Positions 26,607-36,816 of a DNA stretch of 64,000 nucleotides are shown piece after piece. Within the stretch, counting starts at the first letter, position 1, and the number at the start of each line of letters is the position of its first letter. A model generated the notes under the pieces. The model had not been told where the DNA came from. It saw only the letters and a list, made by a program, of their open reading frames with translations, and searched no databases. The position numbers were made by a program, and so were the translations under genes. The stretch comes from an uncultured virus (IMG/VR IMGVR_UViG_3300038318_000272) (lineage: Duplodnaviria; Heunggongvirae; Uroviricota; Caudoviricetes), in IMG/VR virus record IMGVR_UViG_3300038318_000272, positions 1 to 64,000 of that record; one strand, given 5' to 3'.

Positions 26607-26918
26607 TTAATACTCCTCGATTATCAAATCATTCATCATCTCTTCAGTCAGCATATCGGTGTTAAAGTCAGGGTCATCGGTAAGATAGGTTACGGTGTAG
26701 TTCCCCACCAGCCAGTATGTACATAGTTCATCCTTCACATACACACCGTTGTAGCCATTGTAGTACAGTCCACTGTCCTCCGCGTCGCGCATGGCATACC
26801 ACAGGATGTTCTTCACAATGTTTGAGTACATGCGGGGGGTATCCCTCAGGATTTTAAACACAGTCCTGTTATCATAAACACCGTCAATCACCGCTATCAT
26901 TTCGTTTTCCGTAGCCAT
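26607..26918 (-). CDS. paralogue of 15934-16233
   Basis: CTYWLVGNYTVTYLTDD...MMNDLIIE. Confidence 0.75.
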   Translation of the reverse strand: MATENEMIAVIDGVYDNRTVFKILRDTPRMYSNIVKNILWYAMRDAEDSGLYYNGYNGVYVKDELCTYWLVGNYTVTYLTDDPDFNTDMLTEEMMNDLIIEEY

Positions 26919-26921
26919 TTT

Positions 26922-27167
26922 TCATTCCTTCTTAAGGGACAGAAACCCGATTGTAGTCCTGTTGCATATAAGACGCACGGTATCGGGCAAAACCTCTATT
27001 TCATCCACGTACACGTCGAATCCTCCAACCCTAAAGTGGTACACGTATCTCGTAATGTCGATGTTGGATATGGTGACACCCCCAACGGTTGCGCTCTCTA
27101 CATGTCCGTTTATTACCGCCACAAGGTTTTTTACGTTCTTAGCTATTATTGCCTTGGTTGTTTCCAT
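26922..27167 (-). CDS. paralogue of 16237-16482
   Basis: Same length (81 aa) and motifs. Confidence 0.7.
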   Translation of the reverse strand: METTKAIIAKNVKNLVAVINGHVESATVGGVTISNIDITRYVYHFRVGGFDVYVDEIEVLPDTVRLICNRTTIGFLSLKKE

Positions 27168-27168
27168 T

Positions 27169-27465
27169 TCACGCCCTCTCTATTATCAAATCGTCCATCA
27201 TGTCCTCAGTCAGCATACCCGCATGGAAACCCAAATCATCAGTAAGGTACATTATGACGTAGTCGCCAACCTTCCAATAGGTGCACGGCTCGTTATATTC
27301 AGCGTATACACCGTTGAAGTACCTTCCCTTATCTTCAGCGTCAATCATCACACACTTAAGGTAGTGTTTTAACTCATTAAGGGGGAAGGGCCAAACCCCA
27401 TATGTTAATGGGTTGTCTATTGATATACTATCAACCACGTCACACATTTCCTTTAGTGTTGCCAT
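27169..27465 (-). CDS. paralogue of 15934-16233
   Basis: MATLKEM...KHYLK.VMI.AED; DNA-level similarity visible. Confidence 0.75.
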   Translation of the reverse strand: MATLKEMCDVVDSISIDNPLTYGVWPFPLNELKHYLKCVMIDAEDKGRYFNGVYAEYNEPCTYWKVGDYVIMYLTDDLGFHAGMLTEDMMDDLIIERA

Positions 27466-27599
27466 TCTCCTTATCTCCTAAAGGGTTCAGGGGCACCGCC
27501 CTCTCTCCCTCTCTAAGTATGTATATACACTATGAGTATATAAATGGTATGATTGAATAAACTTAAAAAATGGTTGGGAAGGGGGTTTGTTACTACATA

Positions 27600-27750
27600 C
27601 GTGAAAACTCTGAAAACCTCTGCGATGTTAAAGAGGAGAGTTGGGGGGTGCGGTTCGCCCCATAAGAACCGTGGCTCCTCAACTATTAGTATAACGTAGG
27701 GACTGCAACCTTGCACCAAGTGTGAGAGAGCACGGTCTCCTACGTTCCTA
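27600..27750 (+). ncRNA. candidate structured ncRNA
   Basis: Three stems with several plus-strand G-U pairs in an otherwise non-coding gap. Confidence 0.45.
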
Positions 27751-27765
27751 GATTTAAAAAAAGGT

Positions 27766-28323
27766 TTAAATTCTCAGGTGTGAGAAGTAAGCAGGTTCTA
27801 CAGAAGCACCCACCGACCCACACGGCAGATTCCTCTCCTTCAGGAACTCTTTCAGTGCAGACTTCATGTGGTTGCACAAGTCTGCCTCATGTTCTGAGAA
27901 GTTGGGGGTTGTAGCAAAGGCCATAGAGAATATCCTATCGCTTATGATTGTGTTGGATTGTCCCGTGATGTATAGTTTAGACATATGCGCTTCCTCAGAG
28001 TGATATGATGTAATCCTGCGCTGTTCTCCTTTGTCTTCCTTTTCACAACCATCGAACACCGCATTCAGTATCTTCTTTATCTCCTTCATGACTGTGTTAG
28101 CGTCGGGGCACTTCACAAATTCTAAAGCTTTGAACTTCTTCTTATAAGAAAGATGTACGTCTGATACATTATTCGGGATGATGAACATCAAATCATCTGC
28201 ACGAACATCCTTATTCAGATAAAATGTCTTGATTTGCTCTATACCTGCGATAGTCTTTATGAAAAATTCTACTTTAATCAGGTCGGGGTCATTGCATGAT
28301 TTAATCATACAACCATAATGCAA
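27766..28323 (-). CDS. hypothetical protein
   Basis: 185-aa ORF; TATA upstream. Confidence 0.55.
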   Translation of the reverse strand: MHYGCMIKSCNDPDLIKVEFFIKTIAGIEQIKTFYLNKDVRADDLMFIIPNNVSDVHLSYKKKFKALEFVKCPDANTVMKEIKKILNAVFDGCEKEDKGEQRRITSYHSEEAHMSKLYITGQSNTIISDRIFSMAFATTPNFSEHEADLCNHMKSALKEFLKERNLPCGSVGASVEPAYFSHLRI

Positions 28324-28369
28324 TGTATGTATATAAATGTATTGTAAAGAGTTTTTGTTGTGTTACAAC

Positions 28370-28552
28370 TTAGAACGGTAACACAACAAGACCGCCTACA
28401 GCACCGACGACCATAAGGCACATTCCGAGGAATTTAATCTTAGAATAAAGGTCAAACTCCTCGAAGTTCATATAGTCGCCTATAATATCAAAGAGCGCAT
28501 AGCCGATGATACCTATAAGCAGTATAGCGTAGAATATTACATCCAATGCCAT
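28370..28552 (-). CDS. small 2-TM membrane protein
   Basis: Two hydrophobic helices. Confidence 0.55.
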   Translation of the reverse strand: MALDVIFYAILLIGIIGYALFDIIGDYMNFEEFDLYSKIKFLGMCLMVVGAVGGLVVLPF

Positions 28553-28590
28553 ATCCCTAGCTATACAGTTCTCCTATTTAAAGATATTCC

Positions 28591-28959
28591 TCACAACCCA
28601 CAAATCACAATACCGCCCACATTCGGGTCCTCTACCACGTTGAGGCCTGATGCTTGGGGTTGTTTACTCGGTTGAGAAGATATTGCCAATTCCTCTACAG
28701 CCATGGCTTCAGGATACGGAAGCCTGGAAGATTTGGATACGCCGTATTCTGCATCAAATACACGAATAGAGGACACATCTCTGAGATAAATCCCTTCTAC
28801 GGAATTATCTATGTATCTTACAAAGAATATCTTGTTTGTTGCAATGGATTGGAAGAAGTCAGCTACATCATCATATGAATTCATTTCGGTGTAAAAAGAA
28901 CGCTTGGTTCCATTAGACATTGTTAACAATATCTTCTTTCCGTTGGGTACTCCGTTCAT
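28591..28959 (-). CDS. hypothetical protein
   Basis: 122-aa ORF with TATA upstream. Confidence 0.55.
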   Translation of the reverse strand: MNGVPNGKKILLTMSNGTKRSFYTEMNSYDDVADFFQSIATNKIFFVRYIDNSVEGIYLRDVSSIRVFDAEYGVSKSSRLPYPEAMAVEELAISSQPSKQPQASGLNVVEDPNVGGIVICGL

Positions 28960-28997
28960 TGCAATCTATTGGTAATTAGTAAGAACATATAAAAAGA

Positions 28998-31040
28998 TTA
29001 CCATGAGAACCTATCTATATCATCTCCCTCGGTTTCATCGCCATTGATTAGGTTAAGCCTCTTCCCGAAATCAGATAAGTCCAATTGAGCATACTGAACC
29101 TCTCCGCCGTACATATGGTGTGTATAGGTTGCATATCTAACGCAGTCGGGAGTCTCATCCTTCAGCTCCAGCGGTTTATCGAAGAACTCTCCAGGATTGT
29201 CGGGGTCGGGTTCCCAGCAATACTCTATAAGTTCGTCTGCCGACCTCGCACCCAGCTTCCCAGAGTTGTCATATGTTATCTTCAGGCTTCTGACATGCGC
29301 TATTCCAGCCAACACGTTCTTCTTTGCCTTGAACACACTATACCCTGCACGACCCAATTCTGCAATTCTATCCCTTTCTGCGCTATCACAATAATAGTGT
29401 GCGGATTTGGGGAGCTTGTGCTCATTCATGAATCTAATCAAATCCGAGGTGGTTTTCTCCCTCTCATGGAACAGGGTTCGACCATAGGTCTTATCTTTGT
29501 AATCTCTAAGCTCGACTAAGCACATAGGGTGGTTGAATCCCCAATCTATCCCGTAGTATGGTTTTGTATTCCATACTTCTTTCGGCCACATCTTGGATGG
29601 GGAGAAGGATATGTTGGGGTAAATCTGTCCTTGGGGTACGCTGGGGATTCCGAGGATGTATGTCCTATACCAGTTCTCATCTCTCTTTGCGTTCAGGAAC
29701 CACGTCAGAACATCACTGAGAGACACGTAGTGATTGTCAATGAAAGTGGAGAAATGAACGTTAGAATACTTCTTAATCTCAGAATCGCCAGATGCAGAGA
29801 ATGTTTGAACCGCCCAGTTGCTGTGAGAGACGGGGTTATAAGATAAGAACATCTGATTTATCCTGTGTGGTTGAGGTCTCCTCAACCTTGCGTTCAACTG
29901 CATCCAAATATTTGCATTGATTTCTGTCGCTTCCTCCACCCATATATAGTTGTAGTTGTCCGATTTGACCTTCTCTGGGTCGTCCAGCCCGATGAACTGT
30001 ATAGTGCTTCCGTTGTGAGGATTCGTTAACTTGAAATCTGTAGAGTTGAGCCAGTCATATGCTGGGGCTCCGAACTCCATCAGTGTTTTCATAATGGAGG
30101 GGTTTCCTTTGTAAACAGACCTCTTCAACGCAGGCATGGTCCTTCTAACTACTGCTATTGAAATATCTTCTTGAGTTAGGAACAAATATGAGATTCTTTG
30201 ACAAATTGCGTGCGAGTTGTGAGTTACAACAAAATCATCAATCATATACAGGCTCTCATCATCGTCCACTGCGATACATTGAGCATCCCCTTTCCCGATG
30301 TACTCTATATTGGTTATCTTCAAGGAGGGTGGTTTGCCAATCGAAATGATATATCCGCCACAATCCGAAACCGAGGCGGTTCCGCCCAAAGAACGAACCA
30401 ACCACTGCAAATCTTCCACAAACTCCCGTTGGGACGAAATCAATATAGTGTCTCCGTCCTTCTTTGAAACTCCTCCAGAATTCAGAATCCCCAATAATAG
30501 TCGACTTCTTTTTTTTGCAGTGGTGAATTTGAATTCCTGGGGGATAGAGGGCGGGTGGTCTGTTCCGAAATCTTCCCCGATAGAATATAAATCAGGTTCG
30601 TTGGGACAACTATCCTCAAAAACGGCTGGTTCTGGGAGAGGTATGGATAGGATGGTTCCAGCATCAAATTTATCTTTTAACTGTAAAGTGGTGTTGATAG
30701 AAGATTTGTTTTCAGAATCAATCTTCCAGAGGTGGTCTTTGCAGGCTGTAACTTCCCTTCCGTCTGCAAATGTGAGTTTGTATAAATCTACGTGTTGAAC
30801 GTCTGATTTCCAGATTACCTTCTCTAAACTACCCTTTGTAGAGCATATCGTCTGTCCGACCTTTATATCCTCCATTCTAACGTAGCCTTTAGGAGTTATC
30901 ACTTTGGTATCTAATGGAACCGCTTTGCCCGAACCAGCCCCTCCGACAAGTACTAAAAACCTGTGCTCGTCGTCTAACCAGAGAACATGCTCGAAGTGGT
31001 CTAAAACATGAATACTCTTATCAGAATGGTTCAGAATCAC
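28998..31040 (-). CDS. terL: terminase large subunit (PBSX-like) with intein
   Basis: Walker A GGAGSGK|S, GLDDPEKVKS, Walker B WVEEATE, YNP, nuclease GIDWGFNHP, DSA, DCVRYA. Confidence 0.92.
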   Translation of the reverse strand: MILNHSDKSIHVLDHFEHVLWLDDEHRFLVLVGGAGSGKAVPLDTKVITPKGYVRMEDIKVGQTICSTKGSLEKVIWKSDVQHVDLYKLTFADGREVTACKDHLWKIDSENKSSINTTLQLKDKFDAGTILSIPLPEPAVFEDSCPNEPDLYSIGEDFGTDHPPSIPQEFKFTTAKKRSRLLLGILNSGGVSKKDGDTILISSQREFVEDLQWLVRSLGGTASVSDCGGYIISIGKPPSLKITNIEYIGKGDAQCIAVDDDESLYMIDDFVVTHNSHAICQRISYLFLTQEDISIAVVRRTMPALKRSVYKGNPSIMKTLMEFGAPAYDWLNSTDFKLTNPHNGSTIQFIGLDDPEKVKSDNYNYIWVEEATEINANIWMQLNARLRRPQPHRINQMFLSYNPVSHSNWAVQTFSASGDSEIKKYSNVHFSTFIDNHYVSLSDVLTWFLNAKRDENWYRTYILGIPSVPQGQIYPNISFSPSKMWPKEVWNTKPYYGIDWGFNHPMCLVELRDYKDKTYGRTLFHEREKTTSDLIRFMNEHKLPKSAHYYCDSAERDRIAELGRAGYSVFKAKKNVLAGIAHVRSLKITYDNSGKLGARSADELIEYCWEPDPDNPGEFFDKPLELKDETPDCVRYATYTHHMYGGEVQYAQLDLSDFGKRLNLINGDETEGDDIDRFSW
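30216..30923 (-). mobile_element. Ala-initiated class 3 intein (236 aa) with degenerate LAGLIDADG remnant
   Basis: Starts AVPLDT, block B DHLW, block F AQCIAVD, ends VVTHN|S; LLLGILNSGG remnant. Confidence 0.85.
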
Positions 31041-31762
31041 TCTTCCTCGCCCTCATCGTCTTGGTTCATGAACTCAATCTTTTTTATCATATCTTCCGAG
31101 ATTTCCTTCACCTTAACCTCTTCTCCGTCACCCCAAAGCTCTTTGAGTTCCTGAAGGTTGTTCTCGATGATTGCTAAATCTTCAGGGCTACGTTGAGTTT
31201 TCCCGTTCACGAACGTGAAGGTGATGTTAGTCTTATCTCCCTCCTCGGCCTTGGTGTCATTCTCGACCTTGCGCTTAAGGTTGTAGGTGTCGGGGTCTGC
31301 TCTCTCTAAGAGATACATTGCGACGAACTCCTTACCTGCCTCGAAGGCACGCTCGTAGAGGGAAGTGTGAATGAGAACGATTCCCGTCGCTTTGGCTTGG
31401 TTCAATGCCAAGAAGAATCTACCTTTATCAGAGAGTAAATCTGCAATATTCGTTTCGGCGGTTATCTGCTCTTCTGTAATGGCCTCCAATTCCAATTTCC
31501 CAGCCCTTAACCATTTATACGTAGTGGCAGGCGCAACACCAGCGAAAAGGCTCGCAGTGGAGATGGCAATGCCCTTTGCGACACAATCCATGATAACTGA
31601 CTGCACCTCTTCGGTGAAGCAGTGAGTGTTCTCCAAAGTTGCATCCTTGATGTCGGCGAGATTCAACTCATCCACGTTGATTGTGCGTTGGATGTCGGTT
31701 TTTTCTCTTTTACGTTCCAACTCATCTTTTTCCAAGGGGAAGGGGAGCATTTCTCCAGCCAT
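31037..31762 (-). CDS. putative terminase small subunit
   Basis: HTH (ASLFAGVAPATTYKWL), YLLER motif, directly upstream of terL. Confidence 0.65.
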   Translation of the reverse strand: MAGEMLPFPLEKDELERKREKTDIQRTINVDELNLADIKDATLENTHCFTEEVQSVIMDCVAKGIAISTASLFAGVAPATTYKWLRAGKLELEAITEEQITAETNIADLLSDKGRFFLALNQAKATGIVLIHTSLYERAFEAGKEFVAMYLLERADPDTYNLKRKVENDTKAEEGDKTNITFTFVNGKTQRSPEDLAIIENNLQELKELWGDGEEVKVKEISEDMIKKIEFMNQDDEGEEE

Positions 31763-31817
31763 GCCCCTGAAGTGAATTTTGAGAAATATAAACTGTTTGC
31801 GTTTTTAGATGTGTTGG

Positions 31818-32063
31818 TTATCTTCTGTGTCTTATTTTGTCATGTTCTGTGCTGTATTTTCCAACGACTAAGAACACCGATAGAGCCACTACGCAGATGA
31901 TGACGAACACAGACCATATGATGCTGTATTGCACCTCTGCTCCGCTTAGATATTGCCAAATCATAGCCACCATGACTAGAATGGTTGCCATAACAATCGC
32001 AATCAGCCCCGTCTCCATTCGTGTCAGAATAACCTGACCATGTTTATTGAGTATTCCGTTCAT
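31818..32063 (-). CDS. 2-TM membrane protein
   Basis: Two hydrophobic helices, basic C-terminus. Confidence 0.55.
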   Translation of the reverse strand: MNGILNKHGQVILTRMETGLIAIVMATILVMVAMIWQYLSGAEVQYSIIWSVFVIICVVALSVFLVVGKYSTEHDKIRHRR

Positions 32064-32165
32064 TTGTTTACCATATAGACATAGTATGAGAAGTATTTAA
32101 AAGTTGTGGACGGGAACGGAGGCTTTCCCGACCACAACTGCAGATTATAGAATAGATATATAAAT

Positions 32166-32564
32166 CTATCTATACATTTCGGTCGTTTTCTCTATCATAG
32201 CACCCAATTGGATGGATTCCATGATGAGGGCGACTGCGTACCGCTTCATTCTCATGAGATTGTGTTGTGAGATTTCTCTCTGTTGAGGAGAATCATCCGC
32301 AGATTTCGTCCTTTTCCAAAGAATGTCGAGTTCAGCGGTTACACTCTCAACCTCTTCCATCATCTCTTCATACTCTTCTAGGACGACAGCATATGCCTCA
32401 TGCAGAGAGTTGAATCCCCCAAAGCGTTCGTTTGCGAATTCGAGTTCCTTATCTATCAAGTCGTAGATGATGTTCGATTGTGCCACTCTGAACTTGAGTT
32501 TCGATTTCTCCTCATCGGAGAGTGTGTAAGCATCTTCATTATTTGCCATGAGCATAAAACTCAT
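32166..32564 (-). CDS. MazG-like all-alpha NTP pyrophosphohydrolase-fold protein
   Basis: FNSLHEAYAVVLEEYEE and ESIQLGAM. Confidence 0.55.
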   Translation of the reverse strand: MSFMLMANNEDAYTLSDEEKSKLKFRVAQSNIIYDLIDKELEFANERFGGFNSLHEAYAVVLEEYEEMMEEVESVTAELDILWKRTKSADDSPQQREISQHNLMRMKRYAVALIMESIQLGAMIEKTTEMYR

Positions 32565-32667
32565 CTTTCGTATTTAACATTATCGTTATCTCTAAAGAAT
32601 TTACTATATAGCGCAATGCTTTGGCCGAAACACGGAACGGAAGGGTTATATACTGTTATGATGATGT

Positions 32668-32970
32668 ATGCTTACAGATATGACTGAGAAAAATATATTC
32701 GGAGATGCGTTGAACGTAGCAGTAGGGTTGGCGATAGCCTATACCTTCAGACATTTGATAATTGCAGGATTCCTATTCGCACCTTTACTGTTGTTGATGT
32801 TCAGTTCACCTGCATTGGCAATTGTGTCCCTATTGACTATAATCCTGCCTATCTTGGACAGCATCCAGAATAATGATGGTGTAGAGGGGGCTGGGAGCAT
32901 AATTACGGGTGGTGTGTTCATTGCATTCGTCTGGTTCGGATACTTAATGCTCGCAATAATGTTTATTTGA
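32668..32970 (+). CDS. membrane protein
   Basis: Highly hydrophobic; TTATATAC promoter. Confidence 0.55.
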   Translation: MLTDMTEKNIFGDALNVAVGLAIAYTFRHLIIAGFLFAPLLLLMFSSPALAIVSLLTIILPILDSIQNNDGVEGAGSIITGGVFIAFVWFGYLMLAIMFI

Positions 32971-33057
32971 ATGTCGGGGCCCATACAAAACGTAGATTTC
33001 TACTCGCTCTCGTGAGAGGGTATGGGCTTGCCAACACTATGGTGAGAGATTCTCGAT

Positions 33058-34146
33058 TTAAATATTATCGCTAAATGCGACATCGTAATCCATTTCTATG
33101 GTGTCTTCTTTTGTGAAGATGTTCTTATCCTTTAGTGCAAGGTCACTGGTCCCCTTTGCGAGAATGAAATATATCTTCGCTTCCTTGCCTTCTAAGGGAC
33201 GAATGATTCTCGCAAGGGTCTGAGTAGCCGTAAGAGGAGATGTAGCCGTACTGACGATTATACCCACGTTAGCAGGGGGATAATTGAACCCCTGAGAAAG
33301 CTTCTTGCAAGAGATGAGGATGTTTGTCTTTCCTTCTATGAAATCGTCCATCTCCTCCTTTCCCGTAACGTGTATGCGATGGTCAATTCCCTCTTTCTCC
33401 AACAGAGCCGACATCTGCTTGGCCTGCTCTATCATCATACAGAACACCATTATCTTCTCTGTCTTGTTGGCTTTGACCAGTTCCAATGCGATAGGAAGAC
33501 GGGACTCGAACATATGTGTCTCTCTCCTCCTCTTATTGATTAGGAAAGCGTAATTCGAGTCTGTGTAATATGATGCTCTGGGGTGTTTTGTCCTGTATTT
33601 CGTGATGCTCTCAGACATCTTCGCATATCTCTTCTGCTCCGTGTCGGAAGGTGTATATGTCCCCAAGAACACCTTTGATGGAGCTATGTTCGCTTCATCC
33701 CATGAGACCTTCTGGAATATCGGACCAATCTTCTTCTCGGACCCGTTGGGTGTCCCAGAGAGCCCCAGGATGTGCTTCACGCCGAAATCCAGCACCTTGC
33801 CCCAAGTAGGAGCCATTACTGAATGACATTCATCTAATACGAGTAGGTCAGGATTCAGAATGTCTTTCTTCTCTCTCCAGTGCTTGGAGAATTTGGTGGT
33901 TGCAGAGGAATAGGTCAGATACTCTATGTCGCAATCCGCATACACCTCTTTCTCCCACTGTGAAAGAATGACTTTGGATGGAGCTATCACCCAAACTCTG
34001 GCTAATGGGTTCATCTTCACGTATTTGGCTATGCAAATGGCTCCAGCACGGGTTTTACCACATGACGGAACTCCCCAAAGCACCCCCCTGAAATCGACCC
34101 CAGACCATAGCCTGAAAGTCTCTTTCTGATAGTCGTATTTGCTCAT
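33058..34146 (-). CDS. superfamily 2 helicase (XPB/Rad25-like)
   Basis: SCGKT, DECH, LGLSGT, QGFNYP, QTLARIIR. Confidence 0.88.
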   Translation of the reverse strand: MSKYDYQKETFRLWSGVDFRGVLWGVPSCGKTRAGAICIAKYVKMNPLARVWVIAPSKVILSQWEKEVYADCDIEYLTYSSATTKFSKHWREKKDILNPDLLVLDECHSVMAPTWGKVLDFGVKHILGLSGTPNGSEKKIGPIFQKVSWDEANIAPSKVFLGTYTPSDTEQKRYAKMSESITKYRTKHPRASYYTDSNYAFLINKRRRETHMFESRLPIALELVKANKTEKIMVFCMMIEQAKQMSALLEKEGIDHRIHVTGKEEMDDFIEGKTNILISCKKLSQGFNYPPANVGIIVSTATSPLTATQTLARIIRPLEGKEAKIYFILAKGTSDLALKDKNIFTKEDTIEMDYDVAFSDNI

Positions 34147-34844
34147 GAATGAGACCTCCGATATTCCTTGGTGAGTCTCCAGAGCTTGCCAGTATGGGTG
34201 TTCCCTTGAGAATCACGCCACCCAGCCATCTCCAGAACGCCTTTCCGAGTCAGTTCGCTGACTCTGGATGTGATTTGGTTCATATCTTTTCCCAGAATCA
34301 AGCTTATCTCTTTGCTGGTCATTCCTTCTGAATCTGAGAGGGTGTTTATGATGCAGGCATAACTCGGCCTATCAAGATTGAGAGTCTTCTTGGGGTACTT
34401 CTTCCGCCTGAACGATTCATCTTCATATACATCCTTTGTATAGAATGCGTTTTTCATATTCTGAGCAGGAAGGAAATCAATCAAATCGGTTGAGAATAGG
34501 TCTTTGGGGACATAAAGATATGCTCCGCAAGACATATACTTAAAAACAATCTGAATATACCCTTTGAAAATGGTGAATTGGGCCCTGTGTCCGCCACTGA
34601 ACGTTGCTTCAAAGGGGGCAGGAATATACTTTTTATCGTATATTGAAGAATGAACTATTCTCAAAAAAGAATCCAGCTCCTTTCCTTTCAGATGGAGAAT
34701 GTTGCGTCGCCTTATATTCTCGCTTCTTGATGTTCCCGATATGAAGAACTCGATGAAATCATAATCTCTTGCCTTCACTTTCCTGGTGAGGACAACTTCT
34801 CCGCCCTCGGAAACTCCTATAAAAAGTGCAAGTTCTTTATTCAT
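34143..34844 (-). CDS. protein with C-terminal winged HTH
   Basis: GMTSKEISLILGKDMNQITSRVSELTRKG. Confidence 0.65.
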   Translation of the reverse strand: MNKELALFIGVSEGGEVVLTRKVKARDYDFIEFFISGTSRSENIRRRNILHLKGKELDSFLRIVHSSIYDKKYIPAPFEATFSGGHRAQFTIFKGYIQIVFKYMSCGAYLYVPKDLFSTDLIDFLPAQNMKNAFYTKDVYEDESFRRKKYPKKTLNLDRPSYACIINTLSDSEGMTSKEISLILGKDMNQITSRVSELTRKGVLEMAGWRDSQGNTHTGKLWRLTKEYRRSHS

Positions 34845-35170
34845 TGCTTCTTCCCCGTGAAGATGTCTAAATCCTTCCTCTTGATTTCATCTAACATATA
34901 TTTCAAAGAATCTATTGCAGAATCAATCATTTCCCTTTTCTCTGAATCGGTTGCACTTATGGGAATTTGGAGTTGAATCCTACCCTTTGTCTCGGAACCG
35001 CAAGAGAAAGTGTTCGTAGGAACTCCTCTCAGAGGCTTGAGTCTGGCTTCGGAGAATATGCTTCCCTTTACCCTCGGAGAATCATCTTCCGACCAATTCC
35101 CACACTTATCGCAGAACAGACTGTCTGAGTCGTCCATGTGTATGAACGTTCCGCCACATTCACAGTTCAT
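34841..35170 (-). CDS. Zn-ribbon protein
   Basis: CECGG...FCDKCG. Confidence 0.6.
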   Translation of the reverse strand: MNCECGGTFIHMDDSDSLFCDKCGNWSEDDSPRVKGSIFSEARLKPLRGVPTNTFSCGSETKGRIQLQIPISATDSEKREMIDSAIDSLKYMLDEIKRKDLDIFTGKKQ

Positions 35171-35390
35171 TCTAACACCTCGATATCTTCTACATTGAGA
35201 GTGATTTTGAGGTCTTTATTCCACAACTTCTTTTCAACCCTCTTTGTATTGATAGCTACTTCTGCGCAATGTAGCAATTCATACTCAAACATTGATTTGG
35301 CATGGTGGAGACTGTCTGCTTCAACAACCATTCTTCCTTTGTTGTATTTCAACTCCAAGACTGCATTGGGTATTGTGTAATACTTCATTT

Positions 35391-36158
35391 TTACACCTCT
35401 ACATCTTCTATTGGGGTTCCTTCTTTCTTCTCTGCCATAGGGATTATGGTCTCAATCTGTTTGAACTCGGCATCCTTACTACAGAAATCATTATAATATT
35501 CGCAATATCTGCACAAATAATGAGGTTTCTTGGGGAAATCCCTGTTCTCAATCATGTCGATATACTTATCACACTCGTCCTCGATGAAATTCAGGGGGGT
35601 TTCCTCTATAATAATCTCTTTGTTTGTGAGCAAAGAGATGATTTTGGCGGGAAGGGCATAGTCCTTAACGAACCTGTATCCATGCATCTGCAAGATATAT
35701 TCTGGCTTGTTAATGGTCTTTCCAGTCTTATAATCCACAATGAACCCCTCGTCTTCGTCAATCAGGTCGATTCTGGCTTCAAATATGACCTTCCTGCCTT
35801 TCGGAGTGGTGAATTTCTTCTTAATTGTCTCTTCACCCTTACCCTTCTTGACTGTTCCATCCCCATTCACGAGAAAATTGAAGCCGTTCTCCATAGATTT
35901 CATCGCTCTCTCCAGCGTGTCGTCAGGGACTCTTCTCTTCGCAACATAGTCAAAAGGAGTCATTGCCTTACCCTTCAACAAGTCGTCCATGTAATCATGC
36001 ACAGCGAGCCCTGCGTTGATGTACTTGAGGTCCTTGTCTCCTGTCTTGTGACGTGCGAGATAAAGATAGAGTTTGAAGGGACACTGGTTCCCTATGTTGA
36101 GTTTGTTCGCACTTATGTGATAAGTGTCCTTCTTTAAAGGATTCATCGTATCACTCAA
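35391..36158 (-). CDS. PD-(D/E)xK Cas4/RecB-like exonuclease
   Basis: QCP, G..VH, ARIDL, IVDYKTG, QMHGY, CRYCEY..FC. Confidence 0.85.
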   Translation of the reverse strand: MSDTMNPLKKDTYHISANKLNIGNQCPFKLYLYLARHKTGDKDLKYINAGLAVHDYMDDLLKGKAMTPFDYVAKRRVPDDTLERAMKSMENGFNFLVNGDGTVKKGKGEETIKKKFTTPKGRKVIFEARIDLIDEDEGFIVDYKTGKTINKPEYILQMHGYRFVKDYALPAKIISLLTNKEIIIEETPLNFIEDECDKYIDMIENRDFPKKPHYLCRYCEYYNDFCSKDAEFKQIETIIPMAEKKEGTPIEDVEV

Positions 36159-36816
36159 GTAGTTCGCACAGAGTCTTCAAATCATCGTCAGAAAGATTCT
36201 CGAGGATTATCGCATCCCTCTTATCAAGGAACTCGTTGATAATCCCCGTTGCCCCTTTCACAGAACGAGAGTCGTTGATGTAGTTGATTACCCCCTGCCT
36301 GTCTCCTTTCGCTGGTAAGGCCCTTTCCTTTGCATCCTTGGCCATATCGGTTCCAGAGTACACTCTGATACCCTCTTCCATCGAAAGTTCCTCTAATGAC
36401 GTAAGAGGGCACCCTGTGAGGCTTCTCAGGCATCTGACAACACTGCGTGTCTCCGCCATCTCAATCTTGTACTTCAGCATATTCTCCTTAAGGTTCTCCA
36501 CCGAAGCGGAACCGTAGAACTTTGAAGGGGTCATGAGCGCAGTCATACAGGGGTTGTTCCAATCGGGATTCCCCTTGCCATCGACATAACCCTGCTGTAT
36601 CATGAAATCCTTATTCGGGATTATGAATCCCTCACATTCCATGATGCAGATGGTTGCATTGAGAACGTGTATGTTCGACCTGCTTCTGAAAGTACCTATC
36701 TGGTCTGCAAGAAACTGAAGTCCTGCGTACCTGATGAACTTTCCTTCTTTCGTGTTGACAATGTACTGCACAGGCACAGAGTCAATCTTTGTTGTAGATG
36801 TTATGTTGGTTGACAT
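36151..36816 (-). CDS. putative ssDNA-annealing recombinase (Rad52/Sak-like)
   Basis: FIRYAGL...GSAS..N...EMAETRSVVRCLR..TG; adjacent to exonuclease. Confidence 0.55.
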   Translation of the reverse strand: MSTNITSTTKIDSVPVQYIVNTKEGKFIRYAGLQFLADQIGTFRSRSNIHVLNATICIMECEGFIIPNKDFMIQQGYVDGKGNPDWNNPCMTALMTPSKFYGSASVENLKENMLKYKIEMAETRSVVRCLRSLTGCPLTSLEELSMEEGIRVYSGTDMAKDAKERALPAKGDRQGVINYINDSRSVKGATGIINEFLDKRDAIILENLSDDDLKTLCELLE

